From Psammoneis japonica (Eukaryota), in NCBI GenBank assembly GCA_008632985.1, contig QPGO01000005.1, forward strand, positions 248,001-312,000: 64,000 bases of DNA, read 5' to 3'. The position numbers and the translations under genes were made by a program. Of this stretch, positions 59,347 through 64,000 are shown in pieces (position 1 is the stretch's first letter; each line of letters starts with the position of its first letter). The notes under the pieces were generated by a model that saw only the letters and a program-made list of their open reading frames with translations, searched no databases and was not told the DNA's origin.

Positions 59347-62145
59347 TCACTTCGTGTTGCCTTTATCTTTGTCCAATTTGTTGGCTCCCTTGGAAACACC
59401 TATGTGCATCTTTCGGTGACTGGGAGCGTGTGCAACGCCTCGCGGGCGGAAAGCCAGAACACCGAAATCTGGCTTAGCATTTTTTGCGTCCGTTGTCGTC
59501 TTTAGATTCTCCCCGCTCTTCGGTTTCACGGTGTCAGTGCCGTCAGGTTTCACATGGTCGCCAGGTTCGCTTTTTCCTTTCTTGTGCTTCTTTCCTTTGT
59601 ATGGATTTTTGCGGTACATGCCTGGCGGAACAACATCAACCGCTCGAACGTGAGACCTTTCGACCTTGATTACTTTGTCATGCAATCCAACCTCATCGCT
59701 CAAGCTGATCGCCTTTTCTACTCCAGAGCGCTCTTCAAATTGAATCAATGCGATGCCTCTAGATCTACCCACCCTGAGCCCATGCTTCTTTTCTCGTAAT
59801 ATTCTGGCATGTAACACTGGTCCACACCGTGGCTTGAAGTAATCGACCAAATCCATATCTTCAGTTTCCAAGGATAGATTTGATACTTTCACCGTGAATG
59901 GATGCGCCGGAAAATCCAGCTTCCCAACTCGAACTGTGTGTTCAGGGGGTGGCTTGACAACCTTGAGATTCGCTTTCTTACTTTGCGCCGGAGAATCATG
60001 AGGGACGGCGTCCTCGTCTCCCAAAGGCTTCTGCTTCTTAGTAGACGGTTGATCCGCAGACTCTTGTGCAGGTTTGCGTTTACCATCCATCTCGTTTGAT
60101 TCATTAGCGGCTTCATCTTGCAAACCATCCCCGTTGGCTATTTCTACGCCAGCAGACAATTTGTCGCCACCGTTCTGTGCGGAAGCAGCAATCATCTTCT
60201 TATGAACACTTTTACATGCCTTGTCGTAACTTTCCTCCGACCCAAAGCACAATTCAAAATCCAAATACTCATGACCTAGGCTTCGAAGAGCTGTCTCAAC
60301 ATCACGATAAACAACTGTTGTGCTGCCGTTCTCTTCTGTTGTTGTTGGATGCTTTTTGGCCGACATGATCGCTTTTTGGTATAGTCCGCGAACCTTTCGA
60401 AGCCGTGTCAGGACTGCCCCGGGCGTCGACACGTCATGATGTACCAGGACACTAGAAATGTATTCCGCATAAAAGTCCGGATGAGTGGGTTGATGAAGCC
60501 GAATCAGTTTCTCAAAGCACCGAATCATTTCTTGGCTTTCATTTCCAACTTGGGCATTGCTTCCTCTATCTTCCTGAGCCAAGCATGTCAGAATCGGTCC
60601 TAGAAGGTAGCTTTCTGTCATTGCTCTTTCTTTCCAAAGCAACGTACGACCCAAGTTCCACGAATTGTGGTTCTTTCTAAGATACGAATCCGCCTTATCG
60701 TACATTTCTCGAAGGTCTTCCGCTAAATCTTGAATTTCTTGTTCTGTTTCTTCGTCTATCTCTGCATTGTCCAAACCTAACAACGTGCCTGCCTTCTCCA
60801 TCGCTTGAGAGTCATCAAACGACAAGAGCTTACTGTCGCGGTCGTTCTTTTGTTTTGTTGTTACAGCCGTAGCTTTTGATATGATTGACATGATACGTCG
60901 CTTGACAACTCGAATCGCCGTCATGTGTAAATCAAAAAAGCTCTCGGGGGATTGCAGAAACTTGGAGTCAATCGCCACTTGAACCACTGCCATGACCGCG
61001 TCAGGATCCAAAACTGTGTGCCCGACGTTTGCAAGAAGCCCGAGTACCTCGATCTTTTGTTGATAAAGAGGTAGACTATATGGACAATTTCGCACCGCAC
61101 GATTTGCCACATTCTGAATTTTAGAAACCGATGAATCGCTGTTGGAGAGGTACGTCAAATGTCGCAGGTATTTTAGCCACAGAGATTCGACTGTCGGGCA
61201 CTCTGAGATGCCCCGCTCATAAACATCTAATGCTAGGCCATGAATATGTTTCTCGGTTGCGTCTTTTGCAGCACTGTCTTCATCATCGTCCTCGCCCTTA
61301 AAAGAATACTTGGTACAAGCTCGAGCCAATTTGACGAATGCAAAGGAAGTCTTGGCGCCGCCGAGTCCCATCCAGAAACGAGAGTCGTGTTCGGTTTGAA
61401 TAAACTCGTCCCAAGCCACTGGATTATCCAACGCAAACCCTATTTGATGTCGTGAGAGAATCCCTTCCTCATTCATGGCCATGTCTACCTCATCGTGCCA
61501 CGTATTTAGAGAACTGTACGTTCTTGCGACCCACATGCGCCCCTGCTCTATCCTTTGAATCGCATCATTTGTGTCTTGAATGTTATGCAAAGCACAGAAT
61601 TGCTGGAATTCATCCATAATTGCATCATTGGCTTCCCTTATGGGTGTTTGAGACCGCTGCACAAACAGATCCATAATCGCATCATGATCGACCTCGCTCT
61701 GAGAAGCCAAGAAGTTTGCAAAGAGTCGATATATACTAGCAACAACTTCCCCTTCGTTTCGGTGTGAGCCTTGTCCGACCTTTTTCAGCGCTTCTTCAAA
61801 CACACTTTTCACAACGTCCCGGTCCTGGTCTTTGTGCGAAACAAGTATCTGAAGATAGTGCAACCAGAGCGGCGCACAAGAAGGAAATTCGCCAAGCCCC
61901 AGTTGAAGCGTTTGCAGACGCATATCCAAAGCTTCCTTAGTATTATTGAGAAGGACTTGAATGAGCTTGGATGCATCGAACGCGTATTTCATCCAAAGAA
62001 GTGGCGTCATGGGACAAGCAGCGCTGAGAGTTGCAAAGGTATCCACAGAGTGCTGCAGATGTGACGAGACATCTCCGCTCTCCTCTGCTGCATGTTTTCG
62101 ATGCTTTGAGATTTCAGAAACAAGAGCATTGTAGTCATACGACAT
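59347..62145 (-). CDS. SART3: SART3/Prp24-like U4/U6 recycling factor (HAT repeats + RRM)
   Basis: 'PLLWMKYA', 'YERGISECPTVESLWLKYL', 'RAVRNCPYS', RRM 'TVKVSNL...SRGIALIQF' and C-terminal 'FRPRGV'. Confidence 0.8.
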   Translation of the reverse strand: MSYDYNALVSEISKHRKHAAEESGDVSSHLQHSVDTFATLSAACPMTPLLWMKYAFDASKLIQVLLNNTKEALDMRLQTLQLGLGEFPSCAPLWLHYLQILVSHKDQDRDVVKSVFEEALKKVGQGSHRNEGEVVASIYRLFANFLASQSEVDHDAIMDLFVQRSQTPIREANDAIMDEFQQFCALHNIQDTNDAIQRIEQGRMWVARTYSSLNTWHDEVDMAMNEEGILSRHQIGFALDNPVAWDEFIQTEHDSRFWMGLGGAKTSFAFVKLARACTKYSFKGEDDDEDSAAKDATEKHIHGLALDVYERGISECPTVESLWLKYLRHLTYLSNSDSSVSKIQNVANRAVRNCPYSLPLYQQKIEVLGLLANVGHTVLDPDAVMAVVQVAIDSKFLQSPESFFDLHMTAIRVVKRRIMSIISKATAVTTKQKNDRDSKLLSFDDSQAMEKAGTLLGLDNAEIDEETEQEIQDLAEDLREMYDKADSYLRKNHNSWNLGRTLLWKERAMTESYLLGPILTCLAQEDRGSNAQVGNESQEMIRCFEKLIRLHQPTHPDFYAEYISSVLVHHDVSTPGAVLTRLRKVRGLYQKAIMSAKKHPTTTEENGSTTVVYRDVETALRSLGHEYLDFELCFGSEESYDKACKSVHKKMIAASAQNGGDKLSAGVEIANGDGLQDEAANESNEMDGKRKPAQESADQPSTKKQKPLGDEDAVPHDSPAQSKKANLKVVKPPPEHTVRVGKLDFPAHPFTVKVSNLSLETEDMDLVDYFKPRCGPVLHARILREKKHGLRVGRSRGIALIQFEERSGVEKAISLSDEVGLHDKVIKVERSHVRAVDVVPPGMYRKNPYKGKKHKKGKSEPGDHVKPDGTDTVKPKSGENLKTTTDAKNAKPDFGVLAFRPRGVAHAPSHRKMHIGVSKGANKLDKDKGNTK

Positions 62146-62159
62146 TTTGCTGCTTATGT

Positions 62160-62209
62160 GAGTGTATCTAAAAGGATCAGGGACGAGTGTATCTAAAAGG
62201 ATCAGGGAC
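62160..62209. repeat. Perfect 25-bp tandem duplication just upstream of the SART3 start
   Basis: gagtgtatctaaaaggatcagggac x2. Confidence 0.9.
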
Positions 62210-62900
62210 GGAGTTAGTTGCGAGTTACGGCTGCTTGCGGTTGCCTGCTTCTCATTGTGATGTTTTCGTTCAAGCGTGCGAAGCTGCGAAGGGCGAAGGC
62301 GGACAGACTGATCTTCTTCGGATTAGTCGTATTTGTCATAGGGCAAAAAATGTGTGAAAAGCTACGTACTCATAAATTGGTAATGTTCATACGTGGCAAA
62401 GGAACGAAATCGAAGTTCTACGCTCATCGCTCCGCAAGCGTCGCTCTTCATCTCACAATTTGCCGCCACTTCCAACTTTTTCCGCATTTTAGAGCATCTT
62501 CGCCAGTGAGTCGTAAACATAAACATAAACATAGGAACATAACCTAAAAGGACAAGCGAACAGACTGCCCCGTATAAGTTTACGATTCTGCACGCGACCA
62601 TCATTTTCAGTCGATCACAATCGTATTCACTTTCGGCCGATGGTTGGGCAGACGTTGAGGTAACAACCAACTCCATACACGTATATCAATAACTAACTGA
62701 TGGTAGGACGGACTTGTTGAATTTTACATGACGCCATGGCGGCTTTGAACGCAATATACGACACAAATCACCGTCTATTCAAAGATATGTCGACGTCTAT
62801 CAATAGAGAATAATTCATATTATATGTCTATGTGTTACTATGTTGTGAAAGTCATTCTACATCGCGAAAACAAGCGAAATGTTATCACACGATTTATGCC

Positions 62901-63913
62901 TTATTCTCTTCTGACCCCATAAACCCCCCATATGTCGGTTCTCCTCCCATATCTCGATGCGGCCGTATGTAAGTTCATAAGATACGACAAAGTCTTAATT
63001 GTTGGGCCTCTGTAAGGTCCTCTCATCAAGAAAGCGTCGATTGTCGTTTCGTCATGGTGACACGCACTTTCTACAGGATTTCTACACCCTTTTTGTACCA
63101 GAAATTTACGATTTTCGTTTACGATTTTGGAGGTGGATCGTATCCAAGGCCTGATTTGCGATTCACTTTCATGAATCGTAAATTCGAAAAGGGTTATTAG
63201 CGCAAAAAATATGTTTACGATCCACCGAAAATGATGATTTTTTGTGAATCTCATTCGTATCGGAAGACGTACGGACATAGGTTTATGTTTACGACTCACT
63301 GGCGAAGATGCTCTTAGCGTTTTCTTGTTTATCAGTGATCAGTTCCTGCAGATTGTTTGACGAAGCTGGAGGACGCCTTAGGACAGAGGAATGGAAACCA
63401 TGACTACTAGCATTGATAACGTTTTCTTTGACACGCGTAGGGTCCAGCCATCGATAAACCGCGGAAGAGAAATAATTGATCAAACCAAGCAAGCAGATTT
63501 CTACCAAGGCACGACTCAAAATGGTGGTCGCTTCGTCGGGAGTCACAAGAGTCCAAGAGGAGAGAAATATGGATCCACATCATCAGACTACGAACGTGGA
63601 GTTCAGAGAGCTAAACCAGCACCACGAAATTCGTTGAGTCGCACCAGGGCACACAGACGTAGGAGTGGTCATGATCGTAATGGTCGCGTGATTATGAAGC
63701 AACGCGACTACCGGAAGAATCGTCCCACACAGCAGTATGATAGGCACAAGAAGAACAATTATAGGATTCACAAAGCGTCTCCGTATATATCGTCTTACCA
63801 TCCAAGAGATCATGTGGGTAAAGGGAATTCGCGGTCGCGGCAGCAAAGAACAAAGCATGAAAGTTCACTTGATCGTGCTTCCATCGAGATGCCACGAGGG
63901 ATACCATTTCCAA
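62901..63913 (-). CDS. Possible multi-exon or broken hypothetical membrane protein
   Basis: Consecutive minus-strand ORFs with hydrophobic stretches. Splice structure not resolved. Confidence 0.3.
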
Positions 63914-64000
63914 ATGAACAACATAGGATGACTCGCACCTTCCATGACGTATATAAGAATCACGTTTCTTCCAATCTTCAGGAAACCACTCACGACACTT

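Overview
Eukaryotic genomic DNA, most likely from a raphid pennate diatom (short GT-AG introns, frustulin-type Cys-rich CxGDCD repeats, a signal+AF plastid-type presequence). The window has two kinds of sequence. Ordinary gene-dense DNA (about 19.9-31.1 kb and 43.6-64 kb) encodes a metallophosphoesterase fused to five frustulin-like domains, a choice-of-anchor I alkaline-phosphatase-like protein, eIF4E, TFIP11, a 2-phosphoglycerate-kinase-like P-loop protein, D-lactate dehydrogenase, a golgin-84-like protein and SART3/Prp24. Two repeat-rich blocks (about 0.5-19.9 kb and 33.4-43.5 kb) have lost almost all TpA and most CpG, with TpG/CpA in their place. Aligned repeat copies show TA vs TG/CA and CG vs TG/CA at matching positions. 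The surviving TAs are mostly in TAA/TTA context, and TA loss also occurs where CpG is still present. This points to a repeat-directed A:T>G:C hypermutation at TpA, opposite in direction to fungal RIP, and is the best candidate for an undescribed system here. The blocks contain MITEs, a 451-bp TRIM with a tRNA-like internal B-box, a tRNA-Arg(TCT)-like gene in an unmutated island, tandem ~1.3-kb units and a decaying Ubl/zinc-finger/P-loop gene. The dense ORF track in these blocks is an artefact of missing TAA/TAG stops. All counts were made by eye and no searches were run.
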